Shown here: in pieces, positions 1 to 10,012 of the stretch
How positions within the stretch are numbered: position 1 is the stretch's first letter
How the letters are laid out: the number at the start of each line of letters is the position of its first letter
From: Nannocystales bacterium
GTDB taxonomy: Bacteria; Myxococcota_A; Polyangia; Nannocystales; Nannocystaceae
Direction of reading: 5' to 3'
Length of the DNA: 64,000 nucleotides
Assembly (NCBI GenBank): GCA_050633305.1
Contig: JBOEGF010000023.1
Coordinates: forward strand, 1 to 64,000
Notes under the pieces: model-generated
Database searches by the model: none
Told to the model about the DNA's origin: nothing
What the model saw: only the letters and a program-made list of their open reading frames with translations
Program-made: the position numbers and the translations under genes

Positions 1-252
1 GGTTTTTCGGGGGCAACTCCAGGGAGCTGTGGCATGGGGGGCCGGGGAGGCTTCGGCACGAGCTGTCGAGAGCAGACCCGCGCCGCGTCCTACACCAACG
101 GCCGCTCGCAACCGGCCCAGTACCGCATGGTCTCGAAATCTGGCGGATCCTCGGGCTCGAACGGCTCCTGCGGTTCGCGGGGGTCCAACGGGTCGCCGGG
201 GTCCGCGGGCAACCCCGGCACCGTGACGATCACCGCGGTGGCCACCCCGTAG
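1..252 (+). CDS. 3' end of a Gly-rich (Gly-X-Y repeat) protein, partial
   Basis: Frame +1 is open from base 1 to TAG at 250-252; nine Gly-X-Y triplets GSS-GSN-GSC-GSR-GSN-GSP-GSA-GNP-GTV. Confidence 0.65.
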   Translation, partial: GFSGATPGSCGMGGRGGFGTSCREQTRAASYTNGRSQPAQYRMVSKSGGSSGSNGSCGSRGSNGSPGSAGNPGTVTITAVATP

Positions 253-276
253 CGCAACCGCTGCCATACTTCCCAC

Positions 277-681
277 ATGGATCGCACGCCCTACGATCTG
301 CTCGGCGGTCGTGAGCCCGTCCTTGCCCTGGCCCACCGCTTCTACGACGCGATGGAACGCGACGAGCCCGACCTCACCGCCGTGCACGACTGCAAGGCCC
401 CCGGCAAGGTGAGCGACGCGACGCGGGAGCGGTTCGCGCTGTTCCTGGCGGGATGGTTGGGCGGCGAGCAGGAGTACATGGAACGGTTTGGCCACCCCCG
501 CCTGCGGATGCGCCACCGCAACGTGCCGATCACGATTGCGATGCGTGGCTGCGGGCGATGGGCACGGCGATGGACGAATCCGAAGTGGCCAGAGAGGTCC
601 GGACCTTCCTCGACGAGCGTTTTGCCCACGTGGCGAACTTCCTGCGCAACGTGCCCGAAGAGGCGTCAACCCGCGCGATGA
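277..681 (+). pseudogene. Group II truncated haemoglobin (GlbO-like), frameshifted at about 538-545
   Basis: Motifs YDLLGG, RFYDAM, LGGEQEY, GHPRLRMRH in the 277 frame; the continuation DAWLRAM...FAHVANFLRN is in the -1 frame (ORF 453..1022). Confidence 0.8.
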
Positions 682-1022
682 CCATTCAGCGGCTTCAGGA
701 TCTCGTCGAGAGACTTCAGGATCGCGGGTGTCGAATCCTCAGCGAGGACGAGTTCCCAGAGGGGAACCACGACCCGTTCGTTCTGGAACGTGAGCAACTC
801 GTTTGGGGAGTGTTGCTTCCAGACGGGAGTGTTCGTCGACTCACGATCACCGCCCACGACGATCTGGGACGGCGAACCCAGGACCTCAGAGACATCTTCG
901 ACTGTGTCGACGAAGCGTCGGGCGCGTCGCTGTATTTCGACAAGATCAACAGCCCTCAGTGGACGTCGAACCTGCAGCAGTTCATTTGGACGATCACCGA
1001 GACTCACCGGGAAGGCGCGTGA
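678..1022 (+). CDS. Hypothetical protein (114 aa)
   Basis: ATG at 678 overlaps TGA 679-681 (ATGA); globular-looking composition; also in frame with the globin C-terminal half. Confidence 0.55.
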   Translation: MTIQRLQDLVERLQDRGCRILSEDEFPEGNHDPFVLEREQLVWGVLLPDGSVRRLTITAHDDLGRRTQDLRDIFDCVDEASGASLYFDKINSPQWTSNLQQFIWTITETHREGA

Positions 1023-1180
1023 GCCAGCGCGATTGCCACATACCCCGGGGGGTTCATGATCCGCATCCCCCCCAAGGGTATGCATCCATGCTCGACCCCA
1101 CGACCACCCTGCCGCCCCGGCGACCGCAAGAAACGAGGTAGAGGACTTGTGGCACCGCCGACGCCAGCATGGTGGGCGCA

Positions 1181-3500
1181 TCATAGGTTCGAGGACGTCG
1201 GGGACCAAGACTCGAGCTCGGCACGCAGGACGGGGAGCACATCATCGTGTGCGTACCCCTGAGCTCCACTTGCTTCGAAGGCCGACACCGCCCGAAGCAA
1301 CGAGGCTCGAACCAGCGCCGGATCGGATCCGGACGCGGCCAGAGCCAGGCCAAGTTGATGATGCGCGTCGCCGAGCCCCCCGGCATCAGAGCCCTCGGCA
1401 GCCGTCAGCAGTTCGACGGCCCGACGCGCGTCACGAACCGCCCCCTCCGGGTCCGAGGCCGACTGCACACGCTTCGCCTCGGACAGCGCGGTCCAAGCCT
1501 CCCCCAGTGAACCCGTCTCATTTGGCGAGGTCTCGAGGGAGGCCACAGCCGAATGCAGGAGCGGGATGGCTTGCTCGGGACGGCCCGCGGCGGTCAGCGC
1601 CAATCCGTGGCGAATCCGGACCCGCGCGGTCGCGGGGTGCTGCTCGCCTCTTCGCTGCACGAGGACCTGAACCGCTTTGGACGCGGCTTCGGCCGACGCC
1701 TCGAAGGCCTCCCGCTTGTATTCGAGGATCGCTCGGACCTCGAGCAGCCGCCCGGTCATATACGCCTGCGGCGCGAGCCCGCGCCGCGCTGCTTGCAATG
1801 CCTCGTCAAGTACGGTTTGTGCGTCCTGAACCGCGCCTCGGGAGACGTGCAAGCTACTGACTGCCACCGCGCAGGTGAGCGTCGCCGTACTCTCCAACCC
1901 AGCAGCCTCTTGCAGCAGAGCGTAGGCCTCTTGAAACGCCCGCAGTGTGTCCCCGGTTTCCGAGAACTCGGACAACGCCGCCGCGCGGTTGTAGGCCAGA
2001 CTCGCTCGCTCGAGACTCCGATCGGTCAGGGCCAAAGCCTCGCCGTAGGTCTTCGCGGCGAGTTCGAGATTGCCGCGGACATCGAGAAACGGGAGGTACT
2101 CCCGCCGCGACCACCCACCCCGTTCGAGCGCCGCCTCGGCGTGATGCAACCAGACCTCGGACGCTTCAAACGCGCCAGCGCGCATCTTGAGGTCCGCATG
2201 GTGGGTGGCCATCGAGCCCGCCCACTGGGGCTGATCGGCCGACAACGCCGCGAGGCACCCGCGCTCCGCGGCCTTCAAGCTGGCCTCAGGGTCCACGTTC
2301 GCACACGACACCGCCCACTGGTGGGTAGCGGCGAACTCGGACTCCCCCCAACGACCGGACATCGCTCGCGTCGCACCTCGTTGGGCAGGGGCCGCGACGG
2401 CACAGGACGCCGTCTTATCGCCCGCCGCAGGAGGACCCGGGAACGCAGCACGGCCACTCGAACGTCGTCATGCCAGTCCCTCGGCCTCGTTCTCCGCGTG
2501 GAACCGTCGGCGCACGAACCTGGGGCGGCCAGGCGCTTGAGCACCGCCACCCCAGCCGCGTCCGCGGGTCGCTCGCCCAGCACGGCAGTCGTTGTGGCGA
2601 ACTCGGCGGCCAGGTCGCCAAGGCATGTCACCCCTGCTGCCTCCCGCGGCCCGGCGCAGACCTCGACCCGAGCCTCGTTCCAAGCATCGACGAAGTCGCC
2701 GCCTATCGCGTTGATCGTATCGAGAGCGACCGTCGTCTCGCCGTCCGCCGGGAGCGATGCCGCGTTCCACCTCGGTGGAACAAGCTCGGCGCAGCCGTCC
2801 GCGGGGGACGGCCCTGCACCCACGCCGACGACCAGTGCGCCAAGGAGAGGAAGCGCCGGGACAACCCACCACCGCGCGCCCGAGTCCATCCCGTCCTGCA
2901 GAGCGCCAAGGTCCGCAAACCGATCCTCGGGTTGCGGCGCGAGTCCGCGCCGCAGCACTCGGACGATCGAACGCGGCGTCCCCACGGGGAGCACCGGCGC
3001 CCCCCGAAGCTTGTCCTGCAGCAGTTGTTCCGCCGTTGCGCCCTGGTGTGGAAGACGACCGGCGACGATCTCGAACACCCTCAGCTCGCGCACAGCTGAT
3101 GTTGTTTCTGGCCTGAGCTCTGGCCCCTATCACGCCCTCGCTCACCGCGAGCGCCTCGCCATCCGTACGCGCATTAGCACACCACGGAACTCCGCGAGCG
3201 TCCCTCTGACGCCCATCCGCCCCTCCGCGCCTCTGTCCTCATCCGCCCCACCCCTGGCTCCGCTGGCCACCGCCCGCGTTGCCTCTCACTCTTCTCCGGC
3301 CATCTGCGCCGATGCCGCGGCCAGCTTTTCCAGCTGGTTTCACTTGAGCGATCGAGCACATGCCGGGTCATGGTGGCCGCTGATGCATTCCCCGAGGCGG
3401 AAGCGAGCCCGACGAAGGTGCACAGCGCCGCGGCAACGCGGAGTGTGGCCGAGACAAGGGGGAGGACTGGACGAGAGCGGCGGTTCATGTCTCCCCATTG
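1181..3500 (-). pseudogene. Decayed Ser/Thr kinase-TM-TPR gene
   Basis: TPR-like repeats (1181..2362); kinase C-lobe end FEIVAGRLPH...RGLAPQPEDRF plus TM segment (2275..3093); frameshift near 2430; in-frame stops upstream; no HRD/DFG recognisable; same layout as 60324..63170. Confidence 0.7.
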
Positions 3501-3533
3501 CCTCCGCCCGGCCTTCGATGACGCGGCGGTCTG

Positions 3534-4430
3534 CTAGGGCGACACGAAGACCTCGGGATCGACCGCGCGGACCTCCATCCATCCGGAGGGCTCATACTCC
3601 TCTTCCTCCTCGCCAGGACAAGTTCCGAACTCCTCACCTCGGGCGACAACCATCATGCTGTGCTCGCCCACCATCATCTCCACAGGATCGCCGTTGAACT
3701 GGCGGACCGCCTCGCCGTCGGGGCTGACTCCTTCCACACCTCGAGCGTAGCCGCACTCGCCGAAGCCGAGATCGCAGAGGTCATCCCCGGCAACCGTCTC
3801 CAAGCCGAACCAGTATCCGCTTGACGCGCTGAATACGAGAATGCGGTCGTCGCGTTGGACCGAAAATCGGTAGCCGGGGATCGGGTAGTCCTCACCGGCG
3901 GGTTCGCCCTCGTACGAGACTTGGACGGGGTCCGTTCCGAGGTCGACGGCCTGGTTGCGAACGATGACCTCGAGGAGTTGGTTTGGCGGTTCTCCCTTCC
4001 GGGCCTCCGGGTCCGGACACTCGAGGGGGAGCACCGTTCGAACGATCCCGTCCTCTGTGGTGGAGATATCGGGAGTGCCAGGCAGGCACGTCGTCGAGGT
4101 GAGAAACCATGACCAGAACTCCACGTCGGACACGCTGTTGCCATCGATGCTGAACGCCACCCGGAAGGGGTTCTGGTCTCCGAGGCACTCGCGGAGCTCG
4201 ATCCCGCCGGTGCTGGTTCCGGTCTCATCTACGACCTCGCCCGAGGACGACGAGGACGACAGGTCCGGTAGGGACGTTGCACCCTGCGAGGAGGTGCTCC
4301 CGACGCCGCCGGACGTGCTCGTGCCACCTTCATCCGCGTCTGTGGCCGGGTCCCCCCCACAGGCAGAGGCACCAAGGACGACCACACCCAGGGCAATCTG
4401 CTGCCACTCGAGAACAAGTCTAGGATTCAT
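3534..4430 (-). CDS. Hypothetical lipoprotein with Ser/Thr/Gly-rich stalk
   Basis: Lipobox-like LGASAC, low-complexity linker, acidic Cys-containing domain. Confidence 0.7.
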   Translation of the reverse strand: MNPRLVLEWQQIALGVVVLGASACGGDPATDADEGGTSTSGGVGSTSSQGATSLPDLSSSSSSGEVVDETGTSTGGIELRECLGDQNPFRVAFSIDGNSVSDVEFWSWFLTSTTCLPGTPDISTTEDGIVRTVLPLECPDPEARKGEPPNQLLEVIVRNQAVDLGTDPVQVSYEGEPAGEDYPIPGYRFSVQRDDRILVFSASSGYWFGLETVAGDDLCDLGFGECGYARGVEGVSPDGEAVRQFNGDPVEMMVGEHSMMVVARGEEFGTCPGEEEEEYEPSGWMEVRAVDPEVFVSP

Positions 4431-4529
4431 GAGTCTATAGAGTCCAGACCGACCTCATCGGATCACCGGGCACCCGCGGCTGTTCAATCGGGCCGAGCAC
4501 GGTGACGCCCGGAGTGCCACAGACACAAA

Positions 4530-4901
4530 GTGCTGCGCCCATGCCTGCTGGTAGTGCTCCTCGCGACCGCTTGCGGGTCAGCAGCCGCGCCGGCGGTTCG
4601 CATCGGGACGAGCGGCGCCGAAGAGAACGCCAGCACCGCCACCGAGGCGCTGGCGACAACCACGGGTGAGTCGGAGCCCGAACTCGACCCCGAACGGGCC
4701 TCTTCGTCTTCCTCTGGCACTCCGGGCGGCTTCGGTCCGCAACATCTGCATGGCATCGTCGTCCGCGCTGTACACCCGCGTATGGGCGCAGCCGCCCGTC
4801 CACCGCACCGCGAACTGGTGATGCATGAGCTGTCGGTCCGGCGAGGGTTGTCGAGCTGCGCTCTGCATGTGAGAAGCGGACGCGCGCGCCCACCAAATTG
4901 A
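4530..4901 (+). pseudogene. Probable lipoprotein remnant
   Basis: Good signal peptide and lipobox (LLVVLLATAC) with T/E-rich stalk, then implausible Arg-rich sequence. Confidence 0.35.
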
Positions 4902-4997
4902 CCGCTCGGCTCATCCCAGCACCGAAACGGGCCACCGGGAGGCGGGGGACAGCCAGCGGTCCTTCGTCAGGAAAGACTTGGCGGCAGACGCCCGGCC

Positions 4998-5627
4998 CTA
5001 CTTGCCGATCAGCGAGAAGAACTCGCGCCGCGTCTCGGCGTTCTCGCGGAACACACCCAACATGCGCGAGGTGATCATGTTGACGCCAGGCTTGTGAACC
5101 CCGCGCGTCGTCATGCACTGATGCGCGGCCTCGATCACCACGGCCACGCCCCGAGGCGCAAGGACGGACTCGATCGCGTTTGCGATCTGTGCGGTCAGCT
5201 TCTCTTGAATCTGCAGGCGCTTCGCGTAGGTCTCGACGACACGCGCGAGCTTGCTGATGCCCACAACGCGACTGCCGGGCAGGTAGGCGACGTGGCAGAC
5301 GCCGATGATCGGGACCACGTGGTGTTCGCAGTGACTCTCGAGGCGGATGTCTTTGAGGACGACGAGTTCGTCGTACCCGTCAGTCTCTTCAAAGGTACGG
5401 CTGAGAATCTCGACGGGGTCGTCGGCGTACCCTGCGAAGAATTCCTCGTACGATCGAACGACGCGATCGGGCGTGCCTACGAGGCCCTCGCGCTCGGGAT
5501 CGTCCCCCGCCCACCGAAGCAGCGTACGGACGGCGGCCTCGGCTTCTTCGCGGCTCGGGCGATTCTTCTCGGCGTTCTGCCGAAGTTCTTCCGCCGCTGC
5601 GACGAGAGCGATCGCTTTGTCGTTCAT
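4998..5627 (-). CDS. folE: GTP cyclohydrolase I
   Basis: [38 protein letters not shown]; start moved to ATG at 5627. Confidence 0.96.
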   Translation of the reverse strand: MNDKAIALVAAAEELRQNAEKNRPSREEAEAAVRTLLRWAGDDPEREGLVGTPDRVVRSYEEFFAGYADDPVEILSRTFEETDGYDELVVLKDIRLESHCEHHVVPIIGVCHVAYLPGSRVVGISKLARVVETYAKRLQIQEKLTAQIANAIESVLAPRGVAVVIEAAHQCMTTRGVHKPGVNMITSRMLGVFRENAETRREFFSLIGK

Positions 5628-5636
5628 ACAGGTGCC

Positions 5637-5664
5637 GTTATAGCGGCTGGACGAATTCTCGCAA
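5637..5664 (-). promoter_or_regulatory. Sigma70-type promoter of folE
   Basis: TTGCGA-N16-TATAAC ending 9 nt before the ATG; no Shine-Dalgarno. Confidence 0.5.
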
Positions 5665-5752
5665 CGACCCTCGGTTTGAAGGCCGAATTCGACCATTCTT
5701 CGGGACAAGCCGCTTTCTGCGAGTGGCCGGTAACTCCGGCTACCATGGTGAC

Positions 5753-6415
5753 GTGGCAGCTTCCTCCGAGCCGCGGAGCCTTGAACTCTCCCCCACGGCC
5801 ACCGTGGGGCTGGTGCTCGTGTTCGCAACCTCCGGCGGCCTCGGTTACCTGTGGGGCGGGATCGGCGGCGGGTTCTTTGCCGCACTCGGCATCACCACGA
5901 CGGTCGCGATCGGCGGGTTCGTGCTCAAGATCAGGTCCGAGGACCGGACCCGCAATGTGGGGCCCGCGCCCAACCTCAGCGGCCTCGCACCGGGGCAAGC
6001 GCTGTCGGTCATGGGAGCGATGACCGGAGGCGAGGGAGCACTCTCGTTCAAGAGCGAGTTGCTGACCAAGCTCGAGAAGATCGACGAAACGCTGGAGGAC
6101 AACCCGGCCGCCGCACTCGAGGCCCTGGAGCCCTTCGCGTCCGAGCACCCCCGCAGTCCTGCGGTTCATCTCCGGCGGGCCCGGGCGCTTCGTGCCCACG
6201 GCGACACGGACACCGCCGCCAACGCCGTCACAACCGCGGTCGGCTTTGCGTTGGACGGCGGGATGAACCCGATGGCCGCCACGATCTTCGTGGAGTTCGA
6301 GGCGATGAAAGAACAGCTCGACCTCGAGGCCCGACACCTGCGAACCCTCGGCAAGGCGCTGGCCCAACGTGGGCACACGGCGCAGGCACAGTGGTGCGAG
6401 AGCCGGCAGGGGTAG
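5753..6415 (+). CDS. Hypothetical membrane protein with TPR-like helical C-terminus
   Basis: Two N-terminal hydrophobic segments; Ala-rich helical repeats; TACCAT 6 nt before GTG 5753. Confidence 0.7.
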   Translation: MAASSEPRSLELSPTATVGLVLVFATSGGLGYLWGGIGGGFFAALGITTTVAIGGFVLKIRSEDRTRNVGPAPNLSGLAPGQALSVMGAMTGGEGALSFKSELLTKLEKIDETLEDNPAAALEALEPFASEHPRSPAVHLRRARALRAHGDTDTAANAVTTAVGFALDGGMNPMAATIFVEFEAMKEQLDLEARHLRTLGKALAQRGHTAQAQWCESRQG

Positions 6416-6444
6416 CGGAATCGGGAGTTGCTAGACTCCGGGCC

Positions 6445-7089
6445 GTGGTCGCCGTCCGCGTTGCCGAACACCCGCTGCTCGAGCTCGTCGCGTTCGAGAC
6501 GACGTTCCCTCAGCCTCTCAGCTCGCTCGCTGACCCGCGCCTCGAAGCGATGATGCAGCTGGAAGCGGACACCCCGGTTCGTCGCAGCGACGCGATCAAG
6601 GCCGCGGTCCGCGATCTGTTGCGGCACGGCGGGTACAAACCCACAGGCCGCGGCAAGCCAGCCAGCGAGTACTTGATCAAGGCGGTCACCCAGGAGCTGC
6701 TGCGACCGATCAACCTCAGCGTGGACGCCTGTAACGTGGTGTCACTGCACAGCGGCTTGCCGATCAGCGTCGTGGACCTGGAACGGGCTCAAGCTCCGCT
6801 CCACGTGGACCTCGCCCCCGAGAACAGCACCTACGTGTTCAACGCTTCGGGCCAAGAGATCAAAGTCTCGAACCTGCTGTGCCTGCACGACGCGCAGGGG
6901 CCATGCGCCAACGGGGTCAAGGACTCCCAACGTACCAAGACCCACGACGGCACCACGCGAACGCTGTCATTGGTCTGGGGGACGAGCGGACTCCCGGGCT
7001 ATGCGTCCGAGGTCGCCCGCTGGTATCGCTCCTTGCTCGAAGCCGGGGGTGCAGCAACCGTAGACGCCGTCTGCAGCAGGTCGTCCTGA
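6445..7089 (+). CDS. Stand-alone B3/B4 domain protein (PheRS beta-related tRNA editing domain)
   Basis: GYKPTGRGKPASEYL, INLSVDACNVVSL..GLPISVVD, DSQRTK. Confidence 0.88.
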   Translation: MVAVRVAEHPLLELVAFETTFPQPLSSLADPRLEAMMQLEADTPVRRSDAIKAAVRDLLRHGGYKPTGRGKPASEYLIKAVTQELLRPINLSVDACNVVSLHSGLPISVVDLERAQAPLHVDLAPENSTYVFNASGQEIKVSNLLCLHDAQGPCANGVKDSQRTKTHDGTTRTLSLVWGTSGLPGYASEVARWYRSLLEAGGAATVDAVCSRSS

Positions 7090-7106
7090 GCACGCGTAGC
7101 CGACCC

Positions 7107-7135
7107 CCGGTGGCGACGCGAGGGGTCGCCACCGG
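7107..7135. terminator. Hairpin between convergent genes
   Basis: Perfect 11-bp inverted repeat CCGGTGGCGAC / GTCGCCACCGG with a 7-nt loop. Confidence 0.55.
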
Positions 7136-8266
7136 TTACTCAGCGGCCGCCGGAGCCGGAGCCGGAGCCGGAGCGACCTCGGCTGCGGGCGCAGGCGCGG
7201 TCTCGGCAAACGGTGCTGCTTCCAGAGCGGGAGCTTCGGGCGCCGCTGGAGCCAGAGGTGCCGCTGGGGCAGTTGCCGGCGGTGCGGCCTCGGGCGCTGC
7301 CACGGGAGGCTCAGGTGCGACCGGTGCGGTCGGAGCAGGCGGCGGTGCTGCGGCCTTCAGCGTTGCGGGCACAGGCGCGGGGGCTCGCTTGGGCTCCACA
7401 CGTTCCACCCGTCGCACCGTCTTCACCCGGTGGTGCTTGCGACGGCGGTCGCCGAACGACGGCATGGAGACGGTCACGCCGCTGACGATCGAGAACCCCT
7501 CGTTGGAGAAGTCCGGTACACCGCCGATCTTCCGCCGTGCGCTCCACAGCTGCTGGATCTCCGCGCTGAGGCTGACGTAGTTGGTGATGCGAGCCTCGAG
7601 GCCAGCGTGCAACTCAAAGCCGATGCGCACCGAGGCGTCGGCGATCGAGGACGCCTCGTGCCGGTCGTACTGAATCCGCAGCACGTCAAAGCCCGCGCCC
7701 ATCCCTGCGTAGGGCCGCAGAGGGAAGTCGTCGAAGACGTAGAAGTTGCCGCCGAAGAACAACGGCACCGTCATGTACGACAGCCGCCGAGCCTCGCCCT
7801 CGGCGAACCCCTCACTCGAGGTCGGGTTGAAGTTCATTCGCCCGCCCGTGTAGCCGCTGCGGAAGTAGCCGACCGCCCAAGGGTAGTCGCGCTTGCCGTC
7901 TGCCTCGAAGATCACCAAGCGGGCATCGAAGCCGCGAACGTTGCCGCAGCCACGAGCGCCGGCCGGGTCGAGGCACGCTTGCGCACGGTCGGAGGTCACC
8001 CGCCAGTTCTGGTTGGTGGGGCCCATGATGCGGAACGGAGAGACGACGGTGCCGAGGTAGAGCCCGCCCCACGTCTGGTCTCCGTGGCTGTGAACCTCGG
8101 TCGTCTCCACGACCTCGACGACCTCGCCGTCTTCATCGCGGACCTCCTGGGTCTCGTTGACCTCGATATGCACCCCGTCCGTCGCCTTCGCGTCCGCGCT
8201 CCAACCGAGGGCGGTGACCGCGAGAAGGGCGGGGAGAGCGACCGGAAGCGAGGCGGAGCGAGACAT
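7136..8266 (-). CDS. Secreted outer-membrane beta-barrel-like protein with Pro/Ala-rich tail
   Basis: Signal peptide; LRPYAGMGAGF and GFELHAGLE strands typical of OmpA/OmpW-like barrels; PAPA-rich C-terminus. Confidence 0.7.
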   Translation of the reverse strand: MSRSASLPVALPALLAVTALGWSADAKATDGVHIEVNETQEVRDEDGEVVEVVETTEVHSHGDQTWGGLYLGTVVSPFRIMGPTNQNWRVTSDRAQACLDPAGARGCGNVRGFDARLVIFEADGKRDYPWAVGYFRSGYTGGRMNFNPTSSEGFAEGEARRLSYMTVPLFFGGNFYVFDDFPLRPYAGMGAGFDVLRIQYDRHEASSIADASVRIGFELHAGLEARITNYVSLSAEIQQLWSARRKIGGVPDFSNEGFSIVSGVTVSMPSFGDRRRKHHRVKTVRRVERVEPKRAPAPVPATLKAAAPPPAPTAPVAPEPPVAAPEAAPPATAPAAPLAPAAPEAPALEAAPFAETAPAPAAEVAPAPAPAPAAAE

Positions 8267-8320
8267 CGAGGGGCCTTAGCCGCGAGGGCCCCGGTTGGGT
8301 TGGCTCCGACCGAGTTTTTT

Positions 8321-9391
8321 TCAACGACGGCGGCGTCGAACCCGCTGCGCCGCCGCCTGCACCTGCGGGTCGCTGTCCGCCTCGGCCACGCTCACCGCGG
8401 CGTCTTCCTCGGCGGATAGCGCACCTGACCGATTCCCCAGTGCGATCAAAGCATTACGCCGCAATGCACGGCGGGGAATGCGGCGCAGGGCCGTGTCGCG
8501 AACGAAGGCGCGGTGCCGACTGCTGCCGAGCTGGGCAAGCGCGACCGGATCCGCGGACCGGGGGCCGCCGCTGACATCCGGCAGCCACACGTCCTCCCGG
8601 ACCCTGGACTCCCGTTTGTCGGACGCGTTGTACGGACAGACTTCCTGGCACACATCGCAACCGGCCACCCAACCGCCCATGCCGTCCGCGAGGGCATCGT
8701 CGATCGGGCCGCGATGCTCGATCGTCAGGTACGAGATACAGCGCCGGGGATCGAGGACACCGGGCGCGTCGAAGGCCTGGGTGGGGCAAGCATCGAGGCA
8801 CCGTGTGCACGTCCCGCAGGCGTCCCACCGAGCACGGCGCAGCTCGTGAACCTCGTCGTCCCCTGCCCAAACCGCATCGGTCAAGACGGCGGCCAGCAGC
8901 ACGTACGAGCCGAGGCCCGGGACGATCACGCATCCGTGTTTGCCGATGAAGCCCAGCCCCGCAAGCGCAGCGGCCGTTCGTTCCTGCAGGGGTTTTGTGT
9001 CGACGCAGATCAGCGCCTCAGCCTGAGGGACCTCGGCCTTCAACCCATCGACGACGGCCTCGAGCCGACCGTACATCACCGTGTGGTAGTCGGCCGCATG
9101 CGCGTAGCGGGCGACGCCGGTTCCGGGCTCGCCGCGATACGGCACCGCAGCAACGAGCACGCTGCGTGCCCCCGGAAGCATCTGTGCGGGATCTTTTCGG
9201 ACCTCGAGCGTCCGCTCCATGAACCCCATCTCGCCGAAGAACCCCGCCTCGACGAAACGGTCCAGGGCGGCCGCGGCCGGTTCAAAACCGGGGTGGTCGA
9301 GCCGAACGACCCCGAGCTTCAACAGGCCCGAGTCGTCGGCCCGCGCAGCGATGCGAGCCAATGCACCCGGTCCCAGCCGGAGCTCGCTCAT
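8321..9391 (-). CDS. queG: tRNA epoxyqueuosine reductase
   Basis: VARYA..DYH, CVDT.PLQER, GFIGKH, CGTCTRCLDACPT, RCISYLTIE, GCDVCQEVCP; ATGA overlap with the upstream Nudix gene. Confidence 0.95.
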   Translation of the reverse strand: MSELRLGPGALARIAARADDSGLLKLGVVRLDHPGFEPAAAALDRFVEAGFFGEMGFMERTLEVRKDPAQMLPGARSVLVAAVPYRGEPGTGVARYAHAADYHTVMYGRLEAVVDGLKAEVPQAEALICVDTKPLQERTAAALAGLGFIGKHGCVIVPGLGSYVLLAAVLTDAVWAGDDEVHELRRARWDACGTCTRCLDACPTQAFDAPGVLDPRRCISYLTIEHRGPIDDALADGMGGWVAGCDVCQEVCPYNASDKRESRVREDVWLPDVSGGPRSADPVALAQLGSSRHRAFVRDTALRRIPRRALRRNALIALGNRSGALSAEEDAAVSVAEADSDPQVQAAAQRVRRRRR

Positions 9392-9975
9392 CGCCGGATG
9401 CGCTCCAGCAAATCCCACATGATGCGGGCCGTCGCCCCCCACACCGGAGGGTCGTGCACGGCGAACGAGTGCATCTCGTAGGCGAAGCCCTTCCACACGC
9501 CCTTGCCTGCGACGGAGTGCGCACCCGCCAGGGCGGACAGTCGTGGGGTCATCACCGCCGCGACTTCGTTCTCGCTCGTGTTGCGGGGCTGCCACCCCTC
9601 GGGCGCCCACGCGACGTAGGGCCAGATACAGAAACCGGACGGCGTTGGTACGGGCGAGAGGCGGCCCAGGACATCCGCCGCGCCGACCTCCGGAAGTCCA
9701 ACCTCTTCGCTCGCTTCGCGGAGTGCCGTGTTGATCAGGCCTCCATCGCCCTCGTCGGGTTTGCCCCCGGGCAAGGCGACCTGACCGGCGTGGTTCCGCA
9801 TGCTCCCGGCCCGCTCGATCAGCACGACCTGCGGGTCCTCTTCGCGCACGCCTTCGCCGGGCATCAGCAACGCGACGACGGCCGCGTCCTCGACCGGGTC
9901 AGCGAACGAGAGGCGCGGCCGCGGACTGCCAACGGCATCGAGCCGAGAGGCGAAGCGCTCCGGAATCAGGACCAC
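9388..9975 (-). CDS. Nudix CoA pyrophosphatase (NudL/PCD1-like)
   Basis: HAGQVALPGG, TALREASEEVGL, VWGATA. Confidence 0.92.
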   Translation of the reverse strand: MVLIPERFASRLDAVGSPRPRLSFADPVEDAAVVALLMPGEGVREEDPQVVLIERAGSMRNHAGQVALPGGKPDEGDGGLINTALREASEEVGLPEVGAADVLGRLSPVPTPSGFCIWPYVAWAPEGWQPRNTSENEVAAVMTPRLSALAGAHSVAGKGVWKGFAYEMHSFAVHDPPVWGATARIMWDLLERIRR

Positions 9976-10012
9976 GAAAAGCAGTCTAGGCCGAGTTCAA
10001 GCCGGTCGCCGC

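Noticed and set aside
1553..3697. 714-aa + strand ORF, and similar long ORFs such as 43362..45242, 27492..29120, 19279..20862 and 15511..16947
   Set aside because: Antisense or alternate-frame shadows of real genes in high-GC DNA; Arg/Pro-rich with no motifs
5628..5722. THF-II (folE) or preQ1 riboswitch; inverted repeats AGCGGCT/AGCCGCT and CGAATTC/GAATTCG
   Set aside because: No consensus match that I recognise, and the promoter lies about 9 nt from the ATG, leaving no leader
7146..7175. GCCGGA tandem repeats
   Set aside because: Simply encode the Ala-Pro tail of 7136..8266
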